Below, one piece after another: positions 10,356-19,661 of a stretch of DNA of 64,000 nucleotides. The notes under the pieces are model-generated. The model did not search any database and was not told the origin of the DNA. It saw only the letters and a program-made list of their open reading frames with translations. How positions within the stretch are numbered: the stretch's first letter is position 1; each line of letters starts with the position of its first letter. The stretch is from a virus (lineage: Duplodnaviria; Caudoviricetes): positions 160,001 to 224,000 of the IMG/VR virus record IMGVR_UViG_3300036987_000310, one strand, 5' to 3'. A program made the position numbers and the translations under genes.

Positions 10356-10825
10356 TCAACCACCCATCGAAAAAAGCTAGACGACCAGACAAGCGTGAGG
10401 CTGCCGTAATCGGTCATGACGGTCTCGATAAGCGAGTAACTGCTGTTGTAAATGCGTATTCGGTAGTTCACACCGAGACCAGCATTGCCTCCCCCATCGG
10501 CTATTGTGATCCGCATGCCCTCGGTTCCCGAGGGCATGTAGGCGTACCGCAAGCCGCCGTACATCATGAGCACGATGCTGGCACCAGCGCTGGGGACGAA
10601 GTAAGACGAGTTGTAGGTGTAGATGACGGGAAAAGCACCCCCTCCTTCCCCTGGTGCCCACTGCCCTCCAGCGTACTTGAGGACTTGTCCGGTCGTGGGC
10701 AAGGTGCTCGCAACAGGAACTCCTTGAATCGAGTCGATGGGGTTGCATTGAAGCGCGGTCGGGCCTGTGATCCCCGTGACTACGCCAGTTTGTGTGATTC
10801 TGAAAATACCGGCCATGTCAATCAA
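10352..10825 (-). CDS. short fibre-associated protein
   Basis: IQGVPVASTLPTTGQVLKY fibre repeat; C-terminal ITIADGGGNA...YGSLTLV beta-sandwich seen in phage fibre tips. Confidence 0.7.
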   Translation of the reverse strand: MIDMAGIFRITQTGVVTGITGPTALQCNPIDSIQGVPVASTLPTTGQVLKYAGGQWAPGEGGGAFPVIYTYNSSYFVPSAGASIVLMMYGGLRYAYMPSGTEGMRITIADGGGNAGLGVNYRIRIYNSSYSLIETVMTDYGSLTLVWSSSFFRWVVE

Positions 10826-12437
10826 CCCCTACCCCTACTGCTTGTCCCCAAGACGCCAAGATGAAATCGCCGTTGTAGGCTGCCACCTCTCCCCATTGAT
10901 CTTCGGGGAGAGCAAACGTGTCCAGCACAGACATGGTAGCAGAATCGATCAACACAGCATTCGTGTCCCACACCCCTGTCACGAGCAAACGCCCCGTTCC
11001 AAGGTCATCGAAGGCGAGGCCATCAGGGTCGCCAACGTCGTCTCCTATGTATATGGAACTCACGAATACGCAGTCCGTGTCGTACTTCCGCACAGTGTTG
11101 TTAGTGATCTCCGTGATATAAATGCTGCTGCCGTAAACAGCCACGTTCATTGCTTCGATCACATCGACAGAAGTCGCGACTTCTGTCAACGAGGTGTCGA
11201 ACTTCCGGAGCGTCGCTGAATAGGACTGCCCCCCGGCAGCCCAGACGTGACCCAACCCAAACCGGATTTTGCGTATGTAGCCGTAGTCACTGTTGTAGAT
11301 CGCGACCGAGGGAGCCACTATCTCAGGCGACGCCCCCAAGCAGGCCGCCGTGGACCACTTGAAAACACCGTAAGTGCGGTTGTTGAGCCCATCCCGACCC
11401 CAACCGATGGCGTAGAAGTTGCCAGCGCCATCGGCGCACACGCTGGTGACTTGACGCCCGGACGTAGAGAAGAGGGGCAAAGACCCCCAACCGACGACAG
11501 TGTTGGTAGCCTTTGCGATGATTGCGACGTGCCCGTTTTTCCACCCCGCACAGTAGACGTAGTCGGCGTCCTGAGCGAGATCTCGGACGCCCTGGTTGAT
11601 GTGTGGTGCCACTGAAACCGAAATACTGCTGGAGTCGATCAGACTGATGCGGAGCACGTCAGGGTAATTGGTATTGGCCTGGTCTTGTTCGGCAACCCAG
11701 ATGTAGTCTCCATCCCGAATGACAGGGCGGGGGGATGTCAAGGCCCACGCAATGCTCACCCTGACGAAGAGCCCTTCCGCTGCGGTGTCCGACAGAGGTG
11801 CCGGGATCGTGTCGATGCCGATAACTCTTTGCTGGGTCGGGCTGGCAGGGTCCCAGTCCGCGAGGTCGCCCCCGAGGGTGATGCTACCACCTCCCCCACC
11901 CGTCCCTGGTTCCCATTGGGCTTCTGCTTCATTCCAAGTTAGCGTGTTGCCATCAGCCGGCGTTGTTGCCGCGACGGCTAGATTTTGAATTTTGACTACT
12001 GTGTTGGATCCAGGGTCGCCTGTCACGTCCCCATCAAGTTCCGCAACTGTTCCTTCCGGGCCCTGTGGGCCCACTGGCCCTGTTGACCCAGGAGATCCAG
12101 GAGATCCAGGAGGCCCTGATGGCCCTGTTGATCCAGGAGGCCCTGGGGGCCCGACGACGTCTCTAAGCTTTGTGGAAGCTTTCCCGAATTTCATCAGGAA
12201 GGTATACCCGTATAAGCCTGCTCCGTCAGCTATTTGGATTAAAAAACATTCAAGTAAATAATAGTCCCTGGTCAAACCAAGAATTTCATAAATTTTGTTT
12301 ATTGATGGGTATGTTGTAACTTCAACGAGCGGGTTTGGAACCACGCCATCAGAGTTAAGCAAGACGGATGCCCTGATCGTTCCCGGCTGATCAGTCAATA
12401 GCTTTGTTGCGCCTATGGTCGTGGTCATGTTATCCAT
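10818..12437 (-). CDS. collagen-repeat fibre protein with probable beta-propeller C-terminus
   Basis: DQPGT N-domain, GPPGPPG repeats, DGDVTG...IQNLAV fibre repeat, YVTN/NHL-like blades; start uncertain (12428-12536). Confidence 0.75.
   Translation of the reverse strand: MDNMTTTIGATKLLTDQPGTIRASVLLNSDGVVPNPLVEVTTYPSINKIYEILGLTRDYYLLECFLIQIADGAGLYGYTFLMKFGKASTKLRDVVGPPGPPGSTGPSGPPGSPGSPGSTGPVGPQGPEGTVAELDGDVTGDPGSNTVVKIQNLAVAATTPADGNTLTWNEAEAQWEPGTGGGGGSITLGGDLADWDPASPTQQRVIGIDTIPAPLSDTAAEGLFVRVSIAWALTSPRPVIRDGDYIWVAEQDQANTNYPDVLRISLIDSSSISVSVAPHINQGVRDLAQDADYVYCAGWKNGHVAIIAKATNTVVGWGSLPLFSTSGRQVTSVCADGAGNFYAIGWGRDGLNNRTYGVFKWSTAACLGASPEIVAPSVAIYNSDYGYIRKIRFGLGHVWAAGGQSYSATLRKFDTSLTEVATSVDVIEAMNVAVYGSSIYITEITNNTVRKYDTDCVFVSSIYIGDDVGDPDGLAFDDLGTGRLLVTGVWDTNAVLIDSATMSVLDTFALPEDQWGEVAAYNGDFILASWGQAVGVGVD
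12057..12150 (-). repeat. collagen Gly-X-Y coding repeats
   Basis: GPPGPPGSTGPSGPPGSPGSPGSTGPVGPQG. Confidence 0.8.
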
Positions 12438-12682
12438 TATATGACGCATGAAAAAGCAAACGCCATGGTTGAACACACGCAAATTCGCAGGCACGCGTTG
12501 AAAAATTTTAACGTAGGAACTGTGTTCAACGTTCAAGGATGGCCGTGGGTCCTGATTTGCTGCGAGCCTGAAAAAGACGGGAACGGGAACAAACTAACCC
12601 TGAAAATGATGACGAATGCTGAAGAAGCTCTGTGGCGAGTTATGATATCGTGACGATGTGCCTTTTATTTGGTGATTTTGGC

Positions 12683-13204
12683 ATGGGAATGAGCCCCGAC
12701 CACGTAGCGAAAGCTCTTCGAAGAATCGCCACGAAAATAGATAGATCCGAGTCCCCGAGCACAAACCTTGTTCAGAAGGATTTGCGGCGCGTGGCTCACA
12801 ACATGCGAACAGCTGCCGATGGCCCTGTGAGCCTCACAGTCGACGGCGAGGTGTCGATTTACGACATCGATGTGAAGTATCAGTTTTTCGCCATGGAGAA
12901 AAAGCCGGACGAGGACTTCGCTCAATTTGGATTGAAGTTTGTTCTTGGCTCCGATTTGGAAGAAAGAACAGCTGTTGGTCGCATGGGGGTGACGCTGACC
13001 AAGCTTGAGCTCAGCAAATACGTGTATCGAAATGCTGATTTGGCGAAAACGGGCCCCCCGGGGAGCGTCAAGGGGGACCCAGAATTGGATCGTTTCGGCC
13101 TGTTGCCGAACATCATTGTCAAATGTTTTAAAGATGCGTTGTCGAAGATGGGGCTGTCGTCCTTGAAAGGAATGACAGTTTCAGACGAGGTTTTTCACCC
13201 CTGA
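12683..13204 (+). CDS. hypothetical protein with LRxIAxxIDxSxxPS domain
   Basis: KALRRIATKIDRSESPSTNLVQKDL; start reassigned to ATG 12683. Confidence 0.7.
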   Translation: MGMSPDHVAKALRRIATKIDRSESPSTNLVQKDLRRVAHNMRTAADGPVSLTVDGEVSIYDIDVKYQFFAMEKKPDEDFAQFGLKFVLGSDLEERTAVGRMGVTLTKLELSKYVYRNADLAKTGPPGSVKGDPELDRFGLLPNIIVKCFKDALSKMGLSSLKGMTVSDEVFHP

Positions 13205-13205
13205 G

Positions 13206-13520
13206 TCATTCGTACTTCACGAACACATCGTCCCCGCTTGACGATGTGACCCGAACTCCGTCGTCCTCAAAATATACCGTTTTCATTTTGTCCGAAACGA
13301 TTCCGTTGGATTTCAAAGCTTCCGACAGATTCATGAGATCTTGAATGCGGCTGCCTCCCCGTTTCATCGTCAGCTGAACTGACGCTCCCATTCTATGCAA
13401 AACAGACTCGAGAGCCTGCGTCACAAGAGCAATGGAGGGTTCTCGCGAACCGTCTATCTTTGCGGCGATGTGTAGAAGTTCGAGAGACAACATTTGTGGG
13501 GTCATGCAAATAACCTCCAC
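13206..13520 (-). CDS. hypothetical protein with LRxIAxxIDxSxxPS domain
   Basis: LELLHIAAKIDGSREPSIALVTQAL. Confidence 0.7.
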   Translation of the reverse strand: MEVICMTPQMLSLELLHIAAKIDGSREPSIALVTQALESVLHRMGASVQLTMKRGGSRIQDLMNLSEALKSNGIVSDKMKTVYFEDDGVRVTSSSGDDVFVKYE

Positions 13521-13530
13521 AAAAGGCGAA

Positions 13531-13836
13531 TCAAGACATTTGTCCGACTCGTAGTCTGCTCGCCACGTCGATCACATAATCCCGAGCCGTAACCCTGACG
13601 CCTAGTTTTCTTCCAACTTCTTCAATTTTTCTCGGCTCCGAAAAGAAAAAGTCTCCAACCATCGATTCATCAGTCACAAACGCTTCTGGGTGCCCGATAG
13701 CTTCCAGAACTTTTTGCACCCACGGGCGCAAGGTTTCTCTGCGCGTACTCCTCGCATACACAACCTTGATCTCCCCACTGTTGATTTTTCTTTGAATGTC
13801 CTTTGCGTTAAGCTTGGACACCACTCTGCTTTGCAT
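13531..13836 (-). CDS. hypothetical protein
   Basis: 101-aa ORF, protein-like composition. Confidence 0.6.
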   Translation of the reverse strand: MQSRVVSKLNAKDIQRKINSGEIKVVYARSTRRETLRPWVQKVLEAIGHPEAFVTDESMVGDFFFSEPRKIEEVGRKLGVRVTARDYVIDVASRLRVGQMS

Positions 13837-14101
13837 CTATAACTCCATAGCAGTTGTTTGCGTAGTCTGCAGACTTCAGAGGAAAGCAGCAGACTACGCG
13901 TTCCATTGGGTGGACACAGTCCACACTCATTTCAATCTCAAACAGGTCAACTGTCTCCTCGTGGACTTCCCGAATCAGCAACTCCTCCGGGCATGGGCAC
14001 GGGTCCAATTTAAAACTGGAAAAACATGGATTACCAACGCTCACCAACGAAGCCACAACAGCTTTAACAGCGTCCGAGGAGTGTGCGCCAGCTCTAGTCA
14101 A
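13808..14101 (-). CDS. hypothetical Cys-rich protein with internal tail motif
   Basis: TTG start; internal PEELLIREVHEE. Confidence 0.4.
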   Translation of the reverse strand: MTRAGAHSSDAVKAVVASLVSVGNPCFSSFKLDPCPCPEELLIREVHEETVDLFEIEMSVDCVHPMERVVCCFPLKSADYANNCYGVIDAKQSGVQA

Positions 14102-14115
14102 GCTGTTTTATCCAT

Positions 14116-14520
14116 TCATTCGTCCATGACGTCATACACCAGAAACGCGTTGACAGCGGTTAAAAGATCCTCAGCTGTCAGTTTGTCAACTGGAGGAAGA
14201 TGTACTTCCAAATTTTTCTCGCGAAACCTTTGAATCACGATTGTGGCCCACCGGTTGTCGTTGAAGTCTTCTGAGTTGGAGAACCTAAGCAAGCATTCGC
14301 TGTGACTAACAACCAAGGCGAACCACGCGCGCCATCCGCGCTCTTCGATTGAAAATTTGAATGTGAATCCAGAAACTTCGTCGTTTTGCTTCAGATGATG
14401 GAACGCGTCGTTCACCATCTGTTTCCGAATTCCGTCGTCCCCAATGTCGTCTACGTCGATGAAGATCGACAGCGCCTTGACAACATCTGGGTGCAGATTC
14501 ATAGCGTGATCTTTACCCAA
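14116..14520 (-). CDS. hypothetical protein, C-terminal tag family
   Basis: Ends ...AFLVYDVMDE*. Confidence 0.7.
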   Translation of the reverse strand: MGKDHAMNLHPDVVKALSIFIDVDDIGDDGIRKQMVNDAFHHLKQNDEVSGFTFKFSIEERGWRAWFALVVSHSECLLRFSNSEDFNDNRWATIVIQRFREKNLEVHLPPVDKLTAEDLLTAVNAFLVYDVMDE

Positions 14521-14693
14521 AATGTCCCACGGTTGTTTTCTTCCATGATAAGGTCCACAGAAACCTCATCTTGTTCCATCATGCAAACCGTCGGACGAAT
14601 GCCAATAGGTAGCATCCCGTTTGCGGAAAGATTCATCAGCGCTTGAAGCACGGCCTGCATGATCAACGCTTTGAATTCTGTTTTGTTCATCAT
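14499..14693 (-). CDS. hypothetical protein
   Basis: ATGA-coupled to upstream gene. Confidence 0.55.
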   Translation of the reverse strand: MMNKTEFKALIMQAVLQALMNLSANGMLPIGIRPTVCMMEQDEVSVDLIMEENNRGTFWVKITL

Positions 14694-14986
14694 CTTCCTG
14701 GCGGCTTCAGCGGGCGCGGCATATCTTCGTACGGAAGCCGAATGGAGCTAACCACCGGAACTTTCCCAGAACTGCACAAATTTTGCGACCCTTCCTCCGC
14801 GTCCATCTCAAGCTTTCCCCATGCTTGTTCCATTTTGTCGCGCTGGCGAGTGGTCAGTTTGTAACCGCTGTTTTTTGAAAGATTCTCTCTCATGCTCTCG
14901 AAAGCTTCTGTTTCCCAATCGTCTAAACCCTCGTTATCGAGCAACGCCTCGAGCTTCTTTAAATCTTCCACCTTGCTCATGTCCAC
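14690..14986 (-). CDS. hypothetical protein, RPLKPPGR family
   Basis: Paralogue of the C-terminal half of 40612-41193. Confidence 0.7.
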   Translation of the reverse strand: MDMSKVEDLKKLEALLDNEGLDDWETEAFESMRENLSKNSGYKLTTRQRDKMEQAWGKLEMDAEEGSQNLCSSGKVPVVSSIRLPYEDMPRPLKPPGR

Positions 14987-15070
14987 TCCCTGCTTCTAGC
15001 TTTCCATAATTTCCAACATTTTTCGGAACTTAAAACAGCCCAACAAAAATCTTGTAGTCAGACGTGGAGG

Positions 15071-15373
15071 CTATGCCTCCATGACCTCCATGACTTCATA
15101 ATTCACTTTGGTGAGGTCGGACACCAACACAGAAAATCTTTGAGACGGAAATTGTAGCAGAGACGACCAATGCACAGTCATAACTCGCGGAGAGTCGGAC
15201 GAGTTTTGCTTGATGTTAACACTGAAAGTTGCCACGACAGAGTTTGACTTTAGCTCTTCCATAACCCCATGAGCCATTGAGAACTGTGAGTCTGGCGGAG
15301 CGTCTCCAACATTCTTCATGGAGAGCGCTTTCACGATCTCCATCGATATGGAATGACTTGGCCCTGTCAACAT
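15071..15373 (-). CDS. hypothetical protein, C-terminal tag family
   Basis: Ends ...NYEVMEVMEA*. Confidence 0.65.
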   Translation of the reverse strand: MLTGPSHSISMEIVKALSMKNVGDAPPDSQFSMAHGVMEELKSNSVVATFSVNIKQNSSDSPRVMTVHWSSLLQFPSQRFSVLVSDLTKVNYEVMEVMEA

Positions 15374-15690
15374 GACGACACTGTCGCAATGTCCTTTATC
15401 GAATCAGCGTTTTCTTTCAGAAGAGAATCGAAATCGAAAGAAATCTCTTGGTTTTCATCCCCAGCCGACACGCCAGACCAAGTAAGCAAAACCTTTCCGT
15501 TTTCGATTTTTGCCGTCCAGTCTCGGCCTATGGCCTTCCTGAGCGCCATGACCTTCATCACCATCTCGACCTTCCCAAGAGCACACTGCATGTCGCGGTG
15601 TCGCCCTATGTCGTGGCGGGACAACTCGTAAAGGATGTGCTCGTACGCAAAGTTCTTGTCAATATCGTGCAAATGAGGCAAACCGGTCAT
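15367..15690 (-). CDS. hypothetical protein
   Basis: 107-aa ORF in operon. Confidence 0.6.
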   Translation of the reverse strand: MTGLPHLHDIDKNFAYEHILYELSRHDIGRHRDMQCALGKVEMVMKVMALRKAIGRDWTAKIENGKVLLTWSGVSAGDENQEISFDFDSLLKENADSIKDIATVSSC

Positions 15691-15740
15691 GTTGTTGAAT
15701 TACAACGTTGCATACTACCGCAACGCATCGATTTTCGAGT

Positions 15741-16019
15741 TCAAGACTCGTGGGTCCCACGCAGAAGAGTGTCAGTGCAAGACTCATATGGGTCGTCGCA
15801 CATGTTCGGGTCTTCAAACGAGGAACACGTGACCTTGAGGCTGCACCGCCTGCACTGATAAGAAGCACCCGCAGGAGCATATCCGAGAAACACCCACTCA
15901 TGTTCTTTAGTCGGAGAGACAGACACCTCTCCCACAGGATCGGGGGCTCTCACTTTCCACAGGTCTTCTGGAAGCGGGCCCGGGTCTTCGCCCGAATCGA
16001 AAAATGGATCGTTTCCCAT
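15741..16019 (-). CDS. HxW-CxxC Zn-finger-like protein, tag family
   Basis: HEW...CRRC...SCTDTLLRGTHES*. Confidence 0.65.
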   Translation of the reverse strand: MGNDPFFDSGEDPGPLPEDLWKVRAPDPVGEVSVSPTKEHEWVFLGYAPAGASYQCRRCSLKVTCSSFEDPNMCDDPYESCTDTLLRGTHES

Positions 16020-16027
16020 GGATAACG

Positions 16028-16360
16028 TTACAACTCTTGGATTTTTTCAACGAGAGTTTCGCCACAGTTTCGAATGGGGCCGACTGCCCACCCGAGGCTA
16101 TGTTCTCCAAAAAATACCTTGAAGAATGCTTGTGCACTTGTGTGCGGCACGCGCCATATCATGACATCGCACACGGAGCATTTCATTGTGTTCATTTCAA
16201 TCAGCTCCCAAGAATGGCTCCCGAAGAATTTTCGCACATGCTTTTCCCAAACTTCCCACGTGGCAACCTTTTGCTTTTTTGGCCAACTCTTCCACACATG
16301 AGAAAAGCCGGTCATACGAGACTTTCTCATTGAGGCCGCCGACTTTTTTGGGAAACTCAT
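16028..16360 (-). CDS. HxW-CxxC Zn-finger-like protein, tag family
   Basis: HSW...CSVC...NCGETLVEKIQEL*. Confidence 0.65.
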   Translation of the reverse strand: MSFPKKSAASMRKSRMTGFSHVWKSWPKKQKVATWEVWEKHVRKFFGSHSWELIEMNTMKCSVCDVMIWRVPHTSAQAFFKVFFGEHSLGWAVGPIRNCGETLVEKIQEL

Positions 16361-16599
16361 TCGTCCATGATCTTTTTCACTGAAATTTCGTCAGCTGCAC
16401 ACCTCAACAAGTCTGCCAAACCCTTGGCTTTCTCGACAGGAAGCGGGATGGAAAAACTTCCTGTGGGGGTGTCGGCAAGCATCACGATCATCACTTTGGA
16501 GTCTCTTTGCACAGACATAGGACGCGATATGTCTAAAGAAGCGTCCATGAGCTCCACCCATACGGTCCTACCTGCGTGCTCGACGATTCTTCGGGCCAT
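16357..16599 (-). CDS. hypothetical protein, tag family
   Basis: Start reassigned to TGATG overlap at 16599; ends ISVKKIMDE*. Confidence 0.65.
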   Translation of the reverse strand: MARRIVEHAGRTVWVELMDASLDISRPMSVQRDSKVMIVMLADTPTGSFSIPLPVEKAKGLADLLRCAADEISVKKIMDE

Positions 16600-17849
16600 C
16601 AGGTTCGGCGCAAGTATGCGACGGCAATGCGGACAGTTTCCTGGAAATTGATGGCGCCGATGGCCATGAGCTTTTCGCACGAAGCGAAAATTTCCTCCAA
16701 GTCTTCCTTCATCTTCCCAGTCCCAGAGTTGTTCAACGCTTGTTCAAGTTCCGACACCCTTTGTTGCCACTTGCGAAGCGCCAGCTTGAGCGTCTCATTT
16801 TCAGCTGCATACATCTTCGCGAGCTCTGCATCGTCAGACGCCTTGGTGGGCGGAGGTTCCGGCAGAGCCTCTTTCTCGGCCACTTCCGACGCAGGAGAGG
16901 CTGGTTTTTCCGCATGAGAGAATGCGGTTTTCCCAGGCCTGGTTCGGGCGCTGTCATACCATGTCTTAAACCATGCCGGGCACCGCGGAGACTTGGACGC
17001 GGAGGACGCGAATTTTATCAGCTGATCCACGCTGTCTGGCCCTTCTCCGCCAGGCCAGATCTTCTTCACAGGCTCCACGATGTCCTTGTACAAGACGTTC
17101 TTGTTTCGACTGTCCATCACGAATTTCAAGATTTTTACAAGCTCTTCATCCGTCATGTGCCGCATCCCGTGGATCGTTTCTCTCTTTTTGCTCACTGCGG
17201 GTCTTCCTTCCTTCGCCCATTTTTTGTAAAAATCCGGGCAGTCTGCGCGACTGAGGATGTTCCCCAAATACGATCGAAGTTGGTTTCCCCCAGTCAATTC
17301 CCCATGAACCCAGTATTGCCGCAACTCCGGAACCATTTGCGGGTATCCAATTCCTTGCCCGTGAAGGCGCATCATGTGTCGAAGCATTGCTTCGATTTGA
17401 TCATTGGGTACAGCTCTCGTAGTGGGATCAGGCATATGGTCTTCTCCAGCGTTGGTCTCCAATGTTTCGTTGAGATTCTCAGGCTCGAACTCAAGCTTTG
17501 CGAGTCTGTCCGGCAGCAGTTTGTCCCACAGCGAAGCCTTCCTGGACAGGCATATCAACGGAACGCCTGACCTGTCCGCCAAGTCCTTAGCGTTTTTTAA
17601 CTCGCCATGACTTGAGATTTCGTGCATGAAAAGGACCGTGTCCCCGTTGACGCTTTCCATTAAAGCAGCGCCTTTCGGGTGCATAATTCTGTCTACTTGA
17701 ATCCCTCTCGCCTCAAGTTTCGGAACTATGGAGTCGTTCAGAAACTTCATGGGGAATTTGCTAATCAGCGTGGCTCGCAAGACCGGTTCTTCTTGGTCTT
17801 CCACGAGGTTTGTCAACAGTCCTGGAGCTGAGAATGGCTTTGATCTCAT
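16599..17849 (-). CDS. hypothetical protein with DUF2325-like N-terminus and internal repeats (416 aa)
   Basis: ISSHGELKNAKDLADRSGVPLICL resembles DUF2325; duplicated CPxxxKxW segments; C-terminal coiled coil. Confidence 0.65.
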   Translation of the reverse strand: MRSKPFSAPGLLTNLVEDQEEPVLRATLISKFPMKFLNDSIVPKLEARGIQVDRIMHPKGAALMESVNGDTVLFMHEISSHGELKNAKDLADRSGVPLICLSRKASLWDKLLPDRLAKLEFEPENLNETLETNAGEDHMPDPTTRAVPNDQIEAMLRHMMRLHGQGIGYPQMVPELRQYWVHGELTGGNQLRSYLGNILSRADCPDFYKKWAKEGRPAVSKKRETIHGMRHMTDEELVKILKFVMDSRNKNVLYKDIVEPVKKIWPGGEGPDSVDQLIKFASSASKSPRCPAWFKTWYDSARTRPGKTAFSHAEKPASPASEVAEKEALPEPPPTKASDDAELAKMYAAENETLKLALRKWQQRVSELEQALNNSGTGKMKEDLEEIFASCEKLMAIGAINFQETVRIAVAYLRRT

Positions 17850-17906
17850 CGCCCCTCCAATAGTTGTACCGAATTACAACATCCGATACTTTATAGCCTT
17901 GCAAAT

Positions 17907-18116
17907 TTACGTTTCCATGATCTCAGCACATATTTCAGCGTGGTATTCCTCGAACTTCTGTTCAAGCTGAGACTTCAAATCAGAAAGTCTGGCATCGCGC
18001 TCTCTACACTCAATGGCCCCCCGGTCAAACATGTGACGGACATCGCATATGTTCAAATAGATGCGATACATTTGTTGCACTAGGTCGGACTGCGCCAAAG
18101 CGTATTTGACCGTCAT
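17907..18116 (-). CDS. hypothetical protein, tag family
   Basis: Ends EICAEIMET*. Confidence 0.6.
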   Translation of the reverse strand: MTVKYALAQSDLVQQMYRIYLNICDVRHMFDRGAIECRERDARLSDLKSQLEQKFEEYHAEICAEIMET

Positions 18117-18121
18117 TGACG

Positions 18122-18400
18122 CTAAGACTCCATGACGTGATTCAAAGCGCTCAAAATCGGACAGTCTTCATGTTTAGAGGGGTCATACCCATGCCAGACC
18201 TTGTTGCACACAGAGCATTTCCACGTTGGAATGTGAACAGCTGTATAAGTCGACAGCGTTTTAAAACCTGGTGTCGAAATATACTGAAGATGCCATTCGT
18301 GGGGAAATTTTGAAAGCATAGGGTATGCTTTCCAATACGCTGGAACTGGAGATAAAGGAGGAGACCATGCCATCGATTCATTATGCGTCGGACTTTCCAT
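18122..18400 (-). CDS. HxW-CxxC Zn-finger-like protein, tag family
   Basis: HEW...CSVC...HEDCPILSALNHVMES*. Confidence 0.7.
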   Translation of the reverse strand: MESPTHNESMAWSPPLSPVPAYWKAYPMLSKFPHEWHLQYISTPGFKTLSTYTAVHIPTWKCSVCNKVWHGYDPSKHEDCPILSALNHVMES

Positions 18401-18872
18401 CCAACAATTCCAACTCCAACTCCACCATTTTGTTTATTCCGTTTGCTTCATGAGGCGGGAGCGCGTCTGCAAGCATGGACGCTCTTGCGAGCACATGTGC
18501 TCTGTCTTGTATTACAGCAGACACGACGTTCACGGCTAAAAAGGACACGAGCTGCTCCAAAACGTCTTCCGGGATGGCAGCCAGAACTGGAAAAGATTCT
18601 GCAATGTTCCTGACGCCTCCCTCCACCAAAGCTTCCGCTAAACTTCGCATTTGCTCAGACGGCCCGATTCTCGACATAAACTCTTCTGCCAAAAGATCGT
18701 ACGGGCTTCCATCGCTGTCCTTGGCGCTGCAAGCGTCCAAGTGAGCAGCGTCCACTTGGGCCAGATGCTCCGGGCACAAGCGGGCTCCGAAAGCTGTTTC
18801 GCTGTCGCACCCGCTAACAGCGCAAGCGCTCACATCGCCTCCAAAACTTTCGATGCTTCTTTCGTTGGCCAT
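18381..18872 (-). CDS. hypothetical protein with N-terminal C4/C3H Zn finger
   Basis: CAVSGC...LCPEH; start reassigned to ATG 18872. Confidence 0.6.
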   Translation of the reverse strand: MANERSIESFGGDVSACAVSGCDSETAFGARLCPEHLAQVDAAHLDACSAKDSDGSPYDLLAEEFMSRIGPSEQMRSLAEALVEGGVRNIAESFPVLAAIPEDVLEQLVSFLAVNVVSAVIQDRAHVLARASMLADALPPHEANGINKMVELELELLDGKSDA

Positions 18873-19204
18873 TTTTCGGCGCCGGGAGGCCGCTGCATCA
18901 AAAAGACCCACCTTCCGTCTCGAAGACCAAGAAGGTGTGCAACTTTGACGATTCCAGCTTTTTCGAGCAACTCCCTGTTCCCAGCCAAGTCCCACTCTTC
19001 AGCGATAGGTCCATCCTTGAACACGCTCATCGGAAGCAGCATGAACAGGCTTTTTGCCATTTCGACTATGTGCACTGGTCGGGGGACGCGCTTTATGGCT
19101 TCACGATAACTGCCATACCTTTCGTATACGGGGGTGTCCATGGACATGAATTCCCTCATGTCCTTGACCCCCTCGACTTCCAAAAAATCCGAGATGTTCA
19201 GCAT
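18830..19204 (-). CDS. hypothetical protein
   Basis: 124-aa ORF in operon. Confidence 0.55.
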   Translation of the reverse strand: MLNISDFLEVEGVKDMREFMSMDTPVYERYGSYREAIKRVPRPVHIVEMAKSLFMLLPMSVFKDGPIAEEWDLAGNRELLEKAGIVKVAHLLGLRDGRWVFLMQRPPGAEKWPTKEASKVLEAM

Positions 19205-19644
19205 TTGACTTTAGACCATATTTCAGGCTCTTGAGGAAGCTCTTGTTCACTGAGCCATTCCCGCGTCGGGGGTTTAAACCCATCGGAAAGAACCTTTTCC
19301 AAAACGTGCTTAGAGAATACGTCTGGGGGGCGGACGCCATGATCTCTCACATAGTGAGAGAAACCTTCGGGCCATACGTACACCCCATCCCCTAAGCATG
19401 CAGACCCGTTTTGCTTTCCGCACATCCTGCATCGAGACCACCCGCGCCATGAGGCTACGATTTTGCCGGAGTCCAAATATCTGGCCACCGCTTCCCGCTC
19501 AATCGAATTCCAGCTCCCGTCAATGTGCTCTTCCGGCTTCGGAAAGGTCGGGTGGTGATCATTGAACCAGTACCCGATGGCTTTCGTGCTCATGTTCGGC
19601 ATGTCGGGATGTCTGTCAAGAATCATGTTTGTGAACTCTCTCAT
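19198..19644 (-). CDS. conserved hypothetical protein (IGYW...SRCRMC...VWPEG..HYV..H)
   Basis: Motif pattern recalled from a bacterial/phage DUF family; not searched. Confidence 0.7.
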   Translation of the reverse strand: MREFTNMILDRHPDMPNMSTKAIGYWFNDHHPTFPKPEEHIDGSWNSIEREAVARYLDSGKIVASWRGWSRCRMCGKQNGSACLGDGVYVWPEGFSHYVRDHGVRPPDVFSKHVLEKVLSDGFKPPTREWLSEQELPQEPEIWSKVKC

Positions 19645-19661
19645 GCTCTTGATTCCTGAAT

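Noticed and set aside
7890-12437. Diversity-generating retroelement acting on fibre tips
   Set aside because: No reverse transcriptase and no template/variable repeat pair with adenine-specific differences seen.
14996-15073. Genome-wide amber (TAG) recoding
   Set aside because: TAG ends genes followed closely by the next start (1307, 5997, 18122), and long enzymes are intact under code 11.
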